A DNA stretch of 64,000 nucleotides from Octopus vulgaris (Eukaryota): contig OX597826.1 of NCBI GenBank assembly GCA_951406725.2, positions 28,892,001 through 28,956,000 of the forward strand. Direction: 5' to 3'. Positions within the stretch are counted from its first letter, which is position 1, and every line of letters starts with the position of its first letter. Under the pieces are notes generated by a model, which saw nothing but the letters and a program-made list of their open reading frames with translations, searched no databases and was not told the DNA's origin. The position numbers were made by a program, and so were the translations under genes. Of this stretch, positions 28,369-42,561 are shown in pieces.

Positions 28369-28403
28369 GTTTTATGTTTCGAGCAAAGCTCCTCTTCGGA
28401 AAC
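28369..28403 (-). ncRNA. Minimal hammerhead-like motif, CCGAAGA core, in a ~190-bp PLE-type terminal fragment (~28270-28460)
   Basis: GTTT-CCGAAGA-G-GAGC-TTT-GCTC-GAAAC-ATA^AAAC. Confidence 0.6.
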
Positions 28404-28479
28404 AGTAGTCACAGGAAAGTCCTAGAGAAAAGGATGACAGAGGGAGAAAATCACCAAATGTGGAGTCACATTTATATAT

Positions 28480-28586
<107 letters not shown>

Positions 28587-29558
28587 CATACATACACATA
28601 CACTCACATATGTACACACATATACATAAGTAACCATATACACACCCAGCTCTAGTCGAATGTCTGAGCACAAAGATGGAATTTAGTGTGTTTCCTGATA
28701 TAAATTTTTTTCTGTTACAACTATTTAAAGAATGTTAATTCATATTGCATATTATGATATTACATATTATAATTTAAATATAATGAAATTATGACACAGC
28801 AGCGATCTGGCAGAATCGTTAGCACGCCGGCCAAAATGCTAAGTGACATTTCATCCGTCTTTACGTTCTGAGTTCAAATTCAGCTAATGAGGTTGACTTT
28901 TCTTTTCATCTTTTCAGAGACGATAAAACAAGTACCAGTTAATGTTTAGCAGCGATACTACCGACTTACCCGTTGCCCGAATTTACTGGCCGTGTACCTA
29001 AATTTAAGACCAATATGACAAAGGGATATGCATTGCAGAATTGGGGAAACCATTAACTCTTAAAATGAGCCGTGTGCTCATCTATAGCTGTACTGTATTC
29101 TGCAAGTGACGCGTGCAGCCAAATTCCGTTAAATGTTGGAACGACTGGCTTAGAGCTAATGGTGGCCAGGGTCATCGTTGGCTCTGAACCCTATATGAAA
29201 TGCACGAGGTAACATGAAAACATAATTTCAGCTTATAATATTTCATTTGTTTCAGATTTAAAAGAGAAGATTATACACGTCTGGATATTAGATATAATCC
29301 GAAAATAACACCACAAATTTATTCGGAAATATGGCTGGCGACATTGTTGTTGTCTGGAAGACGAAGAAACATACTAAACATTTAGTATGGTTCTTATAGT
29401 TCTTATTGTATCGCTCTGTTTTGCCAAAACCACTAGATTACGGGAATGTAGTTACACGAGAACCGATTGTCAAGTGATGTGGGGGACAAACACAGACACA
29501 GAGTCACACACATACACACACACACAAACTTACACACACGCACACACAACACACAGAC

Positions 29559-31072
<1,514 letters not shown>

Positions 31073-31505
31073 ATAATTTTAAATAATGAGGGAGATAAAT
31101 TGAATATTAATTTAATATCAATTTAAAACCAGTAGCCTAGCATATATAAAAACTCTGAAAAATCAGAAAAAATTTCAATACACCTGTCTATTTAGGATTA
31201 AGTAAATTGCAAAAAAAAATTTATAACAATAACAACAATAAGTTATTGTTATTATTTTTTTGCAATTTACTTAATCTTTGACATTTTATTGTTATTTTAA
31301 TATTTTAATGTTAATATTTCTATTATATGTAATTTTCTGGATGGTGTAATTTAATTGTTCATTTTGAATTAAAAGGTGTTTTTTTTCTAATTTTTTATAT
31401 ATATATTATATTGTGTGAAATTTGATTTAGTACTTCTAAATTGAATTTTTTTCCTTGTAAGTTTCGAATTTTATTCCCTCAAATATTAATAATTATATAT
31501 ATATA

Positions 31506-31636
<131 letters not shown>

Positions 31637-31872
31637 TTAGGGAGTATAACTACAAACTTACAGGGAAAAATTCAATTTAGTATTAAATCAAATTTCACAA
31701 TATAAATATATAATATATATAAATTAGAGAAAAACCACTATTATGTAATTCAAACAATGATAGACATAAACCAAATCATAAAGAAAAAATGAAATATATT
31801 CTAAAACATATAACTAGATCACAAAAAGTACAAAACATGAATAAACAATATATAAGAAAAAAGACTACGTAC

Positions 31873-31924
<52 letters not shown>

Positions 31925-32304
31925 ATATATATATGGTTTCAAATGATTTCAAATTTGGGCACAAGGCCAGCAGTTTTATGGGAGGTGGAGTAAGTCAATT
32001 ACATTGACCCGAGGAGGAGTGAAAGGAATTTGATCTCCGAACGTACAGACGGATGAAACGCCCTTAAGCATTTTTTCCTAACATACTAACGTTTCTGCCA
32101 GCTCACCACCTTAACATGTGTGTGTGTACACATACACACACAGGCGTGGTTGTGTGGTAAGAAGGTGGTTTCCCAACCACATGGTTCCGGGTTCAGTGTC
32201 CACTGCGTGGCACCTTGGGCATGCGTCTTCTATTATAGCCTCGGGCCGAATAAAGCCTTTTGAGTGCATTTGGTAGACGGAAACTTAAAGAAGCCCGTCG
32301 TGTG

Positions 32305-32365
<61 letters not shown>

Positions 32366-32816
32366 TGGATGGATGGATGGATGGATGGATAGATGGATGG
32401 ATGGATAGAATAAAAAAACGCGAAAGATGGACACGGAAGAAGGATTGCGACAGAATAAAAAGAGAAAGAATAAGGTGAAAAAAATAACATAAAATCTGAA
32501 TGAAACTAGAAGCGAAAGAGAGAAAAGAAAGAATGAAAATTTGCAAAGGTAAATGATATAAATAAAATAAAATAAAGCAAAATAATACCAATAAGAAATA
32601 TTAAAAAGTAAACAACGAAAATAGCCTCATGGTTCCGTAGTGCTTCAGAGAAAAATACCAAACCTTTATATGAAAGATGGTGGACGACCCGGGAGGACGA
32701 TCAGGGAGAAGGAAATACAATGAAATACATGGATGATAGGGGTGGGTGGATTGGGAAGCAGGGGGAAGAGAAAAAAGCAATATATTTTCCTTCTTTGCTG
32801 AAAAGTGAGAAGTCTG

Positions 32817-33140
32817 TGGTGGTGGTGGTGGTGGTGGTGGTGGTGGCGGTGGTGGTGGTGGTGGTGGTGGTGGTGGCGGTGGTGGTGGCGGTGGTGGTGA
32901 TAGTGGTGGTGATGGTGGTGGCGGCGGCGGTGGTGGTGGTGATAGTGGTGGTGGTGGTGGTGGTGGTGGTGGTGGCGGTGGTGGTGGTGGCGGTAGTGGT
33001 GGTGGCGGTGGTGGTGGTGGTGGTGGTGATGGTGGTGGTGGTGGTGGTGGCGGCGGCGGCGGTGGTGGTGATATTCAGAGTGGTGGTGATGGTGGCGGTG
33101 GTGATGGTGGTAGTGGTGATAGTGGTGGTGGTGGTGACGG
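32817..33140. repeat. (GGT)n-rich trinucleotide tract
   Basis: GGT/GGC/GAT triplets. Confidence 0.95.
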
Positions 33141-33303
33141 TCTCAGAATGGACAGAGGTTATGAAGTTGGTTAGGGAATGAGAGAAAATGAAGAACTTTA
33201 ACGAAGTGGAAGAATATCTGTGTGTGTGCGCGTATGTGTACAAATGCATTCATATACTTAATACTTGCAAACATGCATGATTATATATATATATATATAT
33301 ATA

Positions 33304-33669
33304 GGAGTGGCTGTGTGGTAAGTAGCTTGCTAACCAACCACACGGTTGCGGGTTCAGTCCCACTGCGTGGCATCTTGGGCAAGTGTCTTCTGCTATAGCC
33401 CCGGGCCGACCAATGCCTTGTGAGTGGATTTGGTAGACGGAAACTGAAAGAAGCCTGTCGTATATATGTATATATATATATGTATGTGTGTGTGATTGTG
33501 TGTCTGTGTTTGTCCCCCTAGCATTGCTTGACAACCGATGCTGGTGTGTTTACGTCCCCGTCACTTAGCGGTTCGGCAAAAAGAGACCGATAGAATAAGT
33601 ACTAAAAAGGTGGTGCTCCAGCATGGCCGCAGTCAAATGACTGAAACAAGTAAAAGAGAGTAAAGAGAG
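33304..33669 (+). mobile_element. SINE family A, near full length (tRNA head, CORE-like domain, internal TA/TG microsatellite, CR1-derived tail)
   Basis: GGAGTGGCTGTGTGGTAAG..GGTTCAGTCCC..TTGGGCAAGTG..(TA)n(TG)n..GGTGCTCCAGCATGGCCGCAGTCAAATGACTGAAACAAGTAAAAGAG. Confidence 0.9.
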
Positions 33670-33727
<58 letters not shown>

Positions 33728-33908
33728 GCGTGTGTGTTTGTGTGTGTATATATACACCCATATAAACGTGATGCATATATACATGATCTATATACGTCTT
33801 TGTGCACATAAATATATATATATATATATTTATATATATATGTCTACACACGCACATACATATAGACACACACACATACACACACACATATATACATACA
33901 TACATATG

Positions 33909-33996
<88 letters not shown>

Positions 33997-34276
33997 ATGT
34001 TACATTACTCGGTAGTCAAGATAAAACTCTGAGTTTCAGATGCCGAAGTGGAAATCCACAACACCATCTCTTCGGTTATCTGGCTATTTGAAAACGTTAT
34101 GAAAAAATACCGTTAAAAATGAAGGGAAATTACTCTGTTATAACTCTGCTTTGCCTGCGTACTTATACATCGCTCGCATTTTTCGTCATAAAAAATTATA
34201 TAAAAATACATAAAAATATATAAAAATATATAAAAATATATAAAATCTTCTTGGGATATAACACAGAAAGCATGTT

Positions 34277-34909
34277 CTATCCGTTTTCTTTAGGGGACCA
34301 AAAACGTAACAGAAATTTAGTCACATGTGGGCATGATCCGAAAAGCTCTGTCCTTGTATTTAGACATGTGGTAGGGTCTAAGCTGCTTTTCCAGATAAGC
34401 CATCTCTCCATGTCGCATAAACCGCACCTTCCGCTGCCGTTAGTATAGGGCTTACATCTGGCCAAAATCTTCCATTGTATGTTATAATCGACACCTTTAT
34501 CTCTTAAAGACCAAATATGATTGGATAATTGTGTCGCTTTTCTTTTGTTCCAGTGCCTAAAGCTCAAAGTGTGGTTATTGAACCTGGCCTTGAAATTACC
34601 CTCTGTCAGGCCCACGTATTTCTTCGTCGAAACGGTGTCTTTAGTGGTTATAGAGTTTACGGTAGCTTCATATATGATGGTCTTGGACATGCAAGCTCCA
34701 TTTAGCGGGCACAATTCTTTATTCCTGCATGAACAGCTGTTTTCTTCTTGTGTTTTTTGTATGTTATGATTGATTATGTTTTTAAAATTGGTAGTTGAAC
34801 TAAAACTAACTTTTAAATTGTGTCTATTGAAGAGTTTCCTATAAGCATGGTTAACTGGAAAATGTCTATCTATCAGTGCTAGGAAATATTTACCTATATT
34901 GAAGGCCAC
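34277..34909 (-). CDS. PLE GIY-YIG endonuclease domain (truncated, frameshifted upstream)
   Basis: CSCRNKELCPLNGAC zinc linker, IIYEATV..KKYVGLTEGNFKARFNNH and CGLCDMER..LNTRTEL..CPH. Confidence 0.88.
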   Translation of the reverse strand: MAFNIGKYFLALIDRHFPVNHAYRKLFNRHNLKVSFSSTTNFKNIINHNIQKTQEENSCSCRNKELCPLNGACMSKTIIYEATVNSITTKDTVSTKKYVGLTEGNFKARFNNHTLSFRHWNKRKATQLSNHIWSLRDKGVDYNIQWKILARCKPYTNGSGRCGLCDMERWLIWKSSLDPTTCLNTRTELFGSCPHVTKFLLRFWSPKENG

Positions 34910-35573
34910 CTCGGGTGAGTAAGGGGGCGTAAAACCAGATGACCTTCCTATTTCTATTATTCCTTTTCCTTATTGTTGGGCTGGTGATAGGTGTATATTT
35001 TATTTTTTCGCTAAAACCACTATCTTTTAAAGCTTTATTATAAACTGGGGCAACGCTATTGAAGATGTCCTCATTAGATGAGAGGCTAGAAATCCTCTTA
35101 CTAATATTTTTAACTAAATTTTTGAATACTATAGGGGGATGGCATGAACCTACATTAATAGGTGTCGATTATAACATACAATGGAAGATTTTGGCCAGAT
35201 GTAAGCCCTATACTAACGGCAGCGGAAGGTGCGGTTTATGCGACATGGAGAGATGGCTTATCTGGAAAAGCAGCTTAGACCCTACCACATGTCTAAATAC
35301 AAGGACAGAGCTTTTCGGATCATGCCCACATGTGACTAAATTTCTGTTACGTTTTTGGTCCCCTAAAGAAAACGGATAGAACATGCTTTCTGTGTTATAT
35401 CCCAAGAAGATTTTATATATTTTTATATATTTTTATATATTTTTATGTATTTTTATATAATTTTTATGACGAAAAATGCGAGCGATGTATAAGTACGCAG
35501 GCAAAGCAGAGTTATAACAGAGTAATTTCCCTTCATTTTTAACGGTATTTTTTCATAACGTTTTCAAATAGCC

Positions 35574-35636
35574 AGATAACCGAAGAGATGGTGTTGTGGA
35601 TTTCCACTTCGGCATCTGAAACTCAGAGTTTTATCT
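35574..35636 (+). ncRNA. Hammerhead-like motif in the PLE pLTR (mirror copy at 34019-34081, minus)
   Basis: AGATAA-CCGAAGA-GATG..CATC-T-GAAAC-TCAGA-GTT^TTATCT. It has a 6-bp stem I, a C4 core variant and a stem II register off by one. Confidence 0.65.
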
Positions 35637-35732
35637 TGACTACCGAGTAATGTAACATATTGTATAGATAAATTTCCTCTATTTACATAATATTGAGGTC
35701 TCTTTCTTTCTTTTGTTATCTTACCGTTTTAT

Positions 35733-35778
<46 letters not shown>

Positions 35779-35808
35779 TATTTTAAGCAGCAGAAAATTC
35801 AACAAAAT

Positions 35809-35846
35809 CTGTTACTCTGAGTTTCTCGTTGCCGTTCATCAGACAG
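35809..35846 (-). ncRNA. Minimal hammerhead ribozyme
   Basis: CTGT-CTGATGA-ACG-GCAA-CGA-GAAAC-TCAGA-GTA^ACAG, with one stem II mismatch. Confidence 0.7.
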
Positions 35847-35944
35847 TTTTTGCTAGAATGTATATATATATATATATTATACAGAAAAATATGTATATAT
35901 TGAACTTCTGCTCAATGTATAAAATTTATGTGATTCTATTATGC

Positions 35945-35996
<52 letters not shown>

Positions 35997-36179
35997 ATAT
36001 CCACGTATGTATGTATGTATGCGTGTGTGTGTGTGGATACCTCTATATATTTACATATACAAACATACATCCATAAATACATATAGCTAAATTTATGTAC
36101 ATGTGTATATATTCACACACACACACACTCAGTGGGGTGCTTCTGAGTACGGATCGATGGATAAAAATGTGAGTATATT

Positions 36180-36224
<45 letters not shown>

Positions 36225-36399
36225 GAAATTCCTGGAAATGAGATTGAAAATTGGAGATACTTAGCGGGGAAGGAAGATTTGGGTAATTTCTTTTTCTTTT
36301 TTCCCCCTTTATGTGGTGGGGTGACGGCGGTGATTGCGCGGTTGGCGGTGGAGGAGCAGATAATATTTAGTCCGATTGTGTGGCAACGATGGATGGTGG

Positions 36400-37025
36400 G
36401 ATGGCATGGCGGTGCTGGTGATGATGATAAGGAAAGAAGATAATGATGGAGGCGTTCGAAGTGGTGGTGGTGGTGGTGATGGTAATGGTGATGATGACGA
36501 TGATGATGATGTTGATGGCGTGACGATGATGACGGCGATGATGATGATGATGATTATAACGATGATGATGGTGGTGGTAGTGGTAGTAGTGGTGGTGAAG
36601 GTAGCGATGATGATGATGACGACGACGACAGCGGCAACGGCGACGATGATGATGTTGATGGTGATGGTGGTGGTGGTGGTGGTGGTGGTGGTGACGGTAG
36701 TGATGACGATGACGACAACAACGACGACGGCGACGACGATGATGATGATGATGGTGATGGTGATGGTGCTGGTGGTGGTGGTGGTGGTGGTGACGGTAGT
36801 GATGACGATGACGACAACAACGACGACGGCGACGACGATGATGATGATGATGGTGATGGTGATGGTGATGGTGCTGGTGGTGGTGGTGGTGACGGTAGTG
36901 ATGACGATGACGACAACAACGACGACGGCGACGACGATGATGATGATGATGGTGATGGTGATGGTGGTGGTGGTGGTGGTGGTGATTGAGGTGATGGTAG
37001 TGATGCTGATGATAGTGGCAACAAC
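36400..37025. repeat. Compound trinucleotide tract with 99-bp higher-order repeat (x3)
   Basis: GTGACGGTAGTGATGACGATGACGACAACAACG.. recurs at 36691, 36790 and 36889. Confidence 0.9.
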
Positions 37026-37113
37026 CATGAGAAGATTCGAAATTATCTTTCTTCCATTTACTGATCATACCTTGTTACACCTCCATGTGCATCTGTACAT
37101 AACCCTTCGATCG

Positions 37114-37149
<36 letters not shown>

Positions 37150-37234
37150 TATACATATATGTACACACATATATACATATATCCGCATGCACATGTGCAT
37201 GAGTGTGTGTGTGTATATATTCATATCTATATAT

Positions 37235-37279
<45 letters not shown>

Positions 37280-37396
37280 TGTATGTATGTATGTATATAT
37301 GTATATATATATATATCCATACATACATGTATATATATATTTATATGTATATGAATATAGATAGGTATTGACAATACATATATATATATATGTATG

Positions 37397-37458
<62 letters not shown>

Positions 37459-37823
37459 TGTGTGTATATATATATATATATTTATATATATGTGTATATA
37501 TGAATGTATGTATATGTATGTATATCGTCTAAAGGTATTTCTAAAGAACCGTATCCCACTTACATAATTTCCTATAATTCTTTATCTAATAGTTTGGAAG
37601 TTAGACTCTTTATCATCATCATCATCATCCTCATCATCGCCATTGCATCATCATCATCGTCATCCTCATCATCATCGTCATTGGTATTACAATTACTGGG
37701 GAATTTTTCATTTATGTCATCTATCTTGTATTCTCTTTATTATTATCATTATTATATTCACCTTCTTCTTTTTCTTCTTTTTCTTCTTCTTCTTCTTCTT
37801 CTTCTTCTTCTTCTTCTTCTTCA

Positions 37824-37875
<52 letters not shown>

Positions 37876-37920
37876 ATTATTATTATTATTATTCACCATC
37901 ATCTTCATCAACATCTTCGA

Positions 37921-37953
<33 letters not shown>

Positions 37954-39954
37954 TATCATCACCACCGCAATCATCATCATCACTATCATAATCATCATTA
38001 TCATCATCATCACCGCCATCATCATCATCATCATCATCATATTATCACCACTATCATCATCATCATCATCATCATCATCACCATCACCATGATCATCGTC
38101 ACTGCCATCATCGCCATCGCCATCGCCATCATCATCATCATCATCATCATCGCCATTGCCATCATCGTTATCTTCTTGTTGTTATCTCTTTGTTACTGCA
38201 ATTTATACTTATCTTATTGTAACCACTTGTTTTTTTTTTTTCCTTTTGTTTTTGTTTTTGGTCTGTTCTTGATGCTGCTATTGCTGTCGTAATTTTTACT
38301 GTTCCTGCTTCTTATGATGCTGAAGTCGTTGTTGTTGTTGTAGTTGTTGCTGTTGCTGAAGAATTATCCATTGAAGTGTCGGGTGGGTGGGAGGGGGGAG
38401 TGTTGCTAACAAGTATTCAAGTGCAGTCTTGCAATGATTTTCTTTTTCTTTCTTTTTCTTTTCCTTTTTTCTTTTTTTTTTTTTGTCGATTTCCTACACT
38501 TACGGGTTTAACCATAAAAATTCTTTCTTTGAAACCTGGACACAAAATAATAAGAAGCGAAATAAATCTCAGAAGAAAGAAAGAAAAATAAATAAATACA
38601 TATTAGAAAAAAAAAAACTAAATACATATTAGAAAAAAAAAACAGAAAAAAATAAATGAGAAAAAAAAGCAGTCGAAGAAAAATGATGAAAGAAAAAAGA
38701 CAATATATAAAGAATACTTGTCCAGTCTGTGAGATGAAGATAAATACAGAAGGATTTAAAATGCTGATACCTGTTTGAAGATATTGGTCTGGATAATGAC
38801 TGCATCTTGGATAAATAGATGGTACAAAGCAAGGGTAAACCGAACGTAAACTTGTATAGGCCAAACAGACTTTTGTGCGGGACTAGTAAACGGAAAGAGA
38901 TTCATTTCGAAGCATTTCAAGAAATTCTAGTCTACTTAGTGCCAGAAATTTAGATAAATAACAAGTGGAGAGTAAATGAGGCAAGAAGAATAAATGTTGA
39001 AATAGGCTAAATATCTAAATAGATTCTTTCTTTGGTGGAATTGATAAATAGCAGAACGATTTGGGCTTTTTTTTTTATTATTTCTTTTCTATTTCTTCCC
39101 CAATAGTCGCAAGAAAATGTTGGTCTGATTCGTGCCAAAGATTTCAAATAAAAAAAATAGATAAGTACAGAAAAAAGAATCGGGAAAAATAAAGTATTTA
39201 AAAAAATATGCAGATTCTTTCTTATATAGAATTTGATCGATGGCAGAGTATTATTTAACGAAGATTTCCAAGAAATTATTGAGCTTTTTAGTGCAAGGTA
39301 TTTGGATAAATAACAAATAGTTGGGAGTAAGGAATATGAGTAACAAGAGAAGAAGAATATGAGCCTTCATAAGAGACACAGAGTCAAAGATGGCGGTGAA
39401 GAATCGTGCGTATAAAGAATATCAGCTTTAGAGGAAATACAAATCGGAGACGAACCAACGGGGGAGGCCCTGAGCCAAGTGTTCCAAATGTTTGTTTGTT
39501 TGTTTTTTGTTCCATTCACTACCCCCCGGTGACTTTTTGAATGGGAATTTACATCCCTAGCTTTTCTGTTATATTTTTAACTTAAGACAAACGGAAATTT
39601 AAAATCCTGCTTTTAATCGTTAATATTATAAGTTGATAATTTAAAACGGGAAATTGGCAGAACCATTACCACGCCTGGCAAAATGCTTAACGGCATTTCG
39701 TCCATCTTTTAGTTGTGAGTTGAAATTCCACCAAGGTCGACTTTGCTTTTCATTCTTTCGTAGACGATAAAATAAGTACCAGTAAAATACTTGGGTTAAT
39801 GTGCTTTACTTACTCGCCACGCTAAAATAGCTGGTCTTGCGCCAAAATTTGAAACCTACATTTTTCTAAAAGTTTAAATAAAATTAACCACGTAACGATG
39901 TTTTATTGTTCATTTACGAAGTCATAATGAATAGATAATAGAAACTTAGTACAG

Positions 39955-40425
39955 TATTATTCTTTTCTACTCTAGGCACAAGGTCTGAAATTTTGGGGAG
40001 GGGGCCAGTCGAATATTTCGACCCCAGTATGCAACTGATACTTAATATATCGACTCCGAATGGATGGAAGGCAAAGTCGACCTCGGCGGAATTTGAACTC
40101 AGAACGTAAAGACAGACGAAATACCGCTCAGCATTTCGCCCGGCGTGCTAACGTTTCTGCCAACTCACTGTCTTTGGAATCAATATTATTAATTACATTT
40201 CTAAAGCAGAAATGTAAGCTGGCAGAAACGTTAGCACGCCGGGCGAAATGCTTAGCGGTATTTCGTCTGCCGTTCCGTTGTGAGTTCAAATTCCGCCGAG
40301 GTCGACTTTGCCTTTCATACTTTCGGGGTCTATAAATTAAATACCAGTTATGTACTGGGGTCGATCTAATCGACTGGCCCCCTCCCTAAAAATTTCGAGC
40401 CTTGTTCCTAGAGTAGAAAAGATTA
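39955..40425. mobile_element. Head-to-head inverted pair of SINE family B copies
   Basis: Minus copy ~39955-40170 and plus copy ~40215-40425. Confidence 0.88.
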
Positions 40426-40514
40426 CTAATTAAACTTCTCCACTAGCAACACAGTAATTACTAAGTATACAATATGCGTGCATATATATGGGGGTGGGTT
40501 GATTATGAAGGAGT

Positions 40515-41318
40515 GATGCCAGGGCTGTGAAATCTTGCATGCATTAATTTCAGCTCGGCTTAATAATAGCTGTATTACTTTTCTTTTTCAGGGAAACTAA
40601 TATCTCAGAGTTCAAAGAAGAATTCAAAAGTAACTAGTAGCGACTTCTCTTGAAAATGGACAAAATCTGAGTGAGCCGGGTTTGGCCTATATGCTGGGTG
40701 TGGTATCAGTTCGATCCCTTCAAATTCTTGGAGTTTATCCCGGTTCTTTTGAGCGGTATGACGTCTTGTGTTGTCTTGCTGAAAGGGCTCGCTTTCATTT
40801 AATCAATGCCGAGTAATTTTGCCATATGATGGCATGCATCCGCTCCGGCTGTTCGGAGTACAGGTTGGCATCGACTGCTCGACTGTCTGCCAGGAACTCG
40901 AAGTGAATTATCCCTTCATAATTCCACCAGACACAGAGCATCACATTGTGTTTGAAACGCTCATGTTTGGCGAAAAATTCCCGAAGCTGGCCCTTGCTTA
41001 ACCACTGCTTATGCGTGTTTGGATTGCGGGAAAATATCTCGGATTATTATTTGTTCTGATCCATGGCTCACTTCCTGCGCTCGCGATGCTTCATCAACCA
41101 AGAGGAGGTGGACGCTTCAGTGAAGGTGTTTTTCACTTCGAAGGACAAGAACTTGTATCAGCTTGGTATCATAGAACTTGATAGAAAGGTAGCTTCAAGT
41201 GGTGCAACACGATGGCCTCTACTTGGAATGCTAGACTGGTTTTGTTTAACTTGGCGAATAGATCAAAAATGTTACCAAAAATTGCAAAACTTTTCACACA
41301 CCACAATATTTGCCACGA
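40515..41318. mobile_element. Mariner remnant with an internally inverted DDD-domain segment
   Basis: Plus 5' region ends ATGGACAAAATC. Minus 40665-41038 encodes VMLCVWWNYEGIIHFEFL..QQDN..EGIELIPHPAY. Plus strand resumes at DYYLF*SMAHFLRSR. Confidence 0.8.
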
Positions 41319-41887
41319 ACCAGAAGCATACATGTAGAAGAGAGAGTATGACATTGATGAGATCACGAATGGCGACGAAAGGACTTCGACAACTCTAGCT
41401 CACTGACTGATTGACCGAATGATTAATCATTTAACCCATTAGCTAATCTGTTAAAGGATTAACCAGTTCGCAAAATACAAGAGTAAAGTGAAATACAATC
41501 AGTGCATGTGCTTATTATTAACATAATGGTCCTCCCGAGATACAGCAAAATCTGTTTCAAGACATGAGTTCATATCAAGAATTTTGCAAACCAAATACAA
41601 AAACGAAAGACGTACTTTTATAAGGGATACCAAAGATAAGTTTTTTTTCTTTCCAGCCTATTTGCTGTGAGTTTTATAGTCTTTAATTTCATTTCTTTTC
41701 ATCTCATTTCATTTTCTCTCCTCTTTCTTTTACATCCGTTTCCAAATGGCTTTTTTTAACTGCACCAAAATGTCGAAGTACTTTAACACGCGACAACATC
41801 ATCAAACGGTTTTATATCCTTAACGCCCTTACTCAACTATTCTATGAAGCATCGCGAGCGCAGGAAGTGAGCCATGGATCAGAACAA

Positions 41888-41929
<42 letters not shown>

Positions 41930-41995
41930 TAGGTGTGTGTGTGCGCGCGCGCGCGTTTGTATGTGTATATATATATATATATGTATATACACACA

Positions 41996-42414
41996 GTTGT
42001 CCTCCTCCTGTCCCGCCTGTCCGACCACAGCTGTGCTCTCCTTTCCTCAGCCATGGAAACGCCTTTCCTCACTGTCCGACGCCAGGCAGAGCGGTCAGCA
42101 GCTGTTACCTCCCACGTGTCTACACAGATGTTGGCAGTCCTCAGGTCGCGCTTGCACACATCCCTGTATCGTAGCTGTGGACGTCCCTTGGGTCGGGATC
42201 CCGTGGTGAGTTCGCTGTACAGGATGTATTTAGGCATGCGACCGTCCTGCAGCAACACCCCACACGTACCCATCGATGTTCGTGTGCAGCAACTGTACCA
42301 GGGACTGCCACTCTAGAATTGGACTGTTCAGTCACAGCAGACGCTGCTCATCATCAAAGTAGGCCCCACCCTTGGCGCGACCCATTGTCTATCAAGACAG
42401 ACGGGGGAAAGAAC
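41996..42414. mobile_element. RTE-BovB-like LINE 3' end with 5' inversion
   Basis: Minus 41996-42251 gives QDGRMPKYILYSELTTGSRPKGRPQLRYRDVCKRDL..WEVTAADRSAWR. Plus 42246-42414 gives FVCSNCTRDCHSRIGLFSHSRRC..* followed by the tail hairpin TGTCT-ATCA-AGACA. Confidence 0.9.
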
Positions 42415-42525
42415 GCACACACATATATATATATAGGAAGAGTTTACGAGAAAAACAAAAGACGAAGACAGATGGTGTACAAAACAAACATATGTATTAG
42501 TATAACGCTTAAGGATAGGAAAAGT

Positions 42526-42561
42526 CTTTTACGTTTCGAGCCTACGCTCTTCTACAGAAAG
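42526..42561 (-). ncRNA. Minimal hammerhead-like motif with CUGUAGA core, in a ~190-bp fragment (~42432-42615)
   Basis: CTTT-CTGTAGA-A-GAGC-GTAG-GCTC-GAAAC-GTA^AAAG; all stems are perfect. Confidence 0.65.

Larger units (their letters stand above)
33989..35735 (-). mobile_element. Penelope-like element (Neptune-type) 3' part with inverted pseudo-LTR
   Basis: Arms 33989-34496 and 35160-35666 are reverse complements, with one homopolymer indel seen. The RT-thumb remnant NVGSCHPPIVFKNL..KRISSLSSNEDIF..YNKALKDSGF is followed by a GIY-YIG ORF. The element sits in (TA)n. Confidence 0.93.

Noticed and set aside
29075-29385. Two open segments joined by a ~49-nt GT-AG intron
   Set aside because: The peptide is unrecognisable, the intron is very short, and there is no independent support.
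39385-39540. YY1-like AAGATGGCGG motif with a short ORF (possible first exon)
   Set aside because: A single motif can occur by chance, and no convincing donor or downstream exons were found. CAGE or RNA-seq would be needed.
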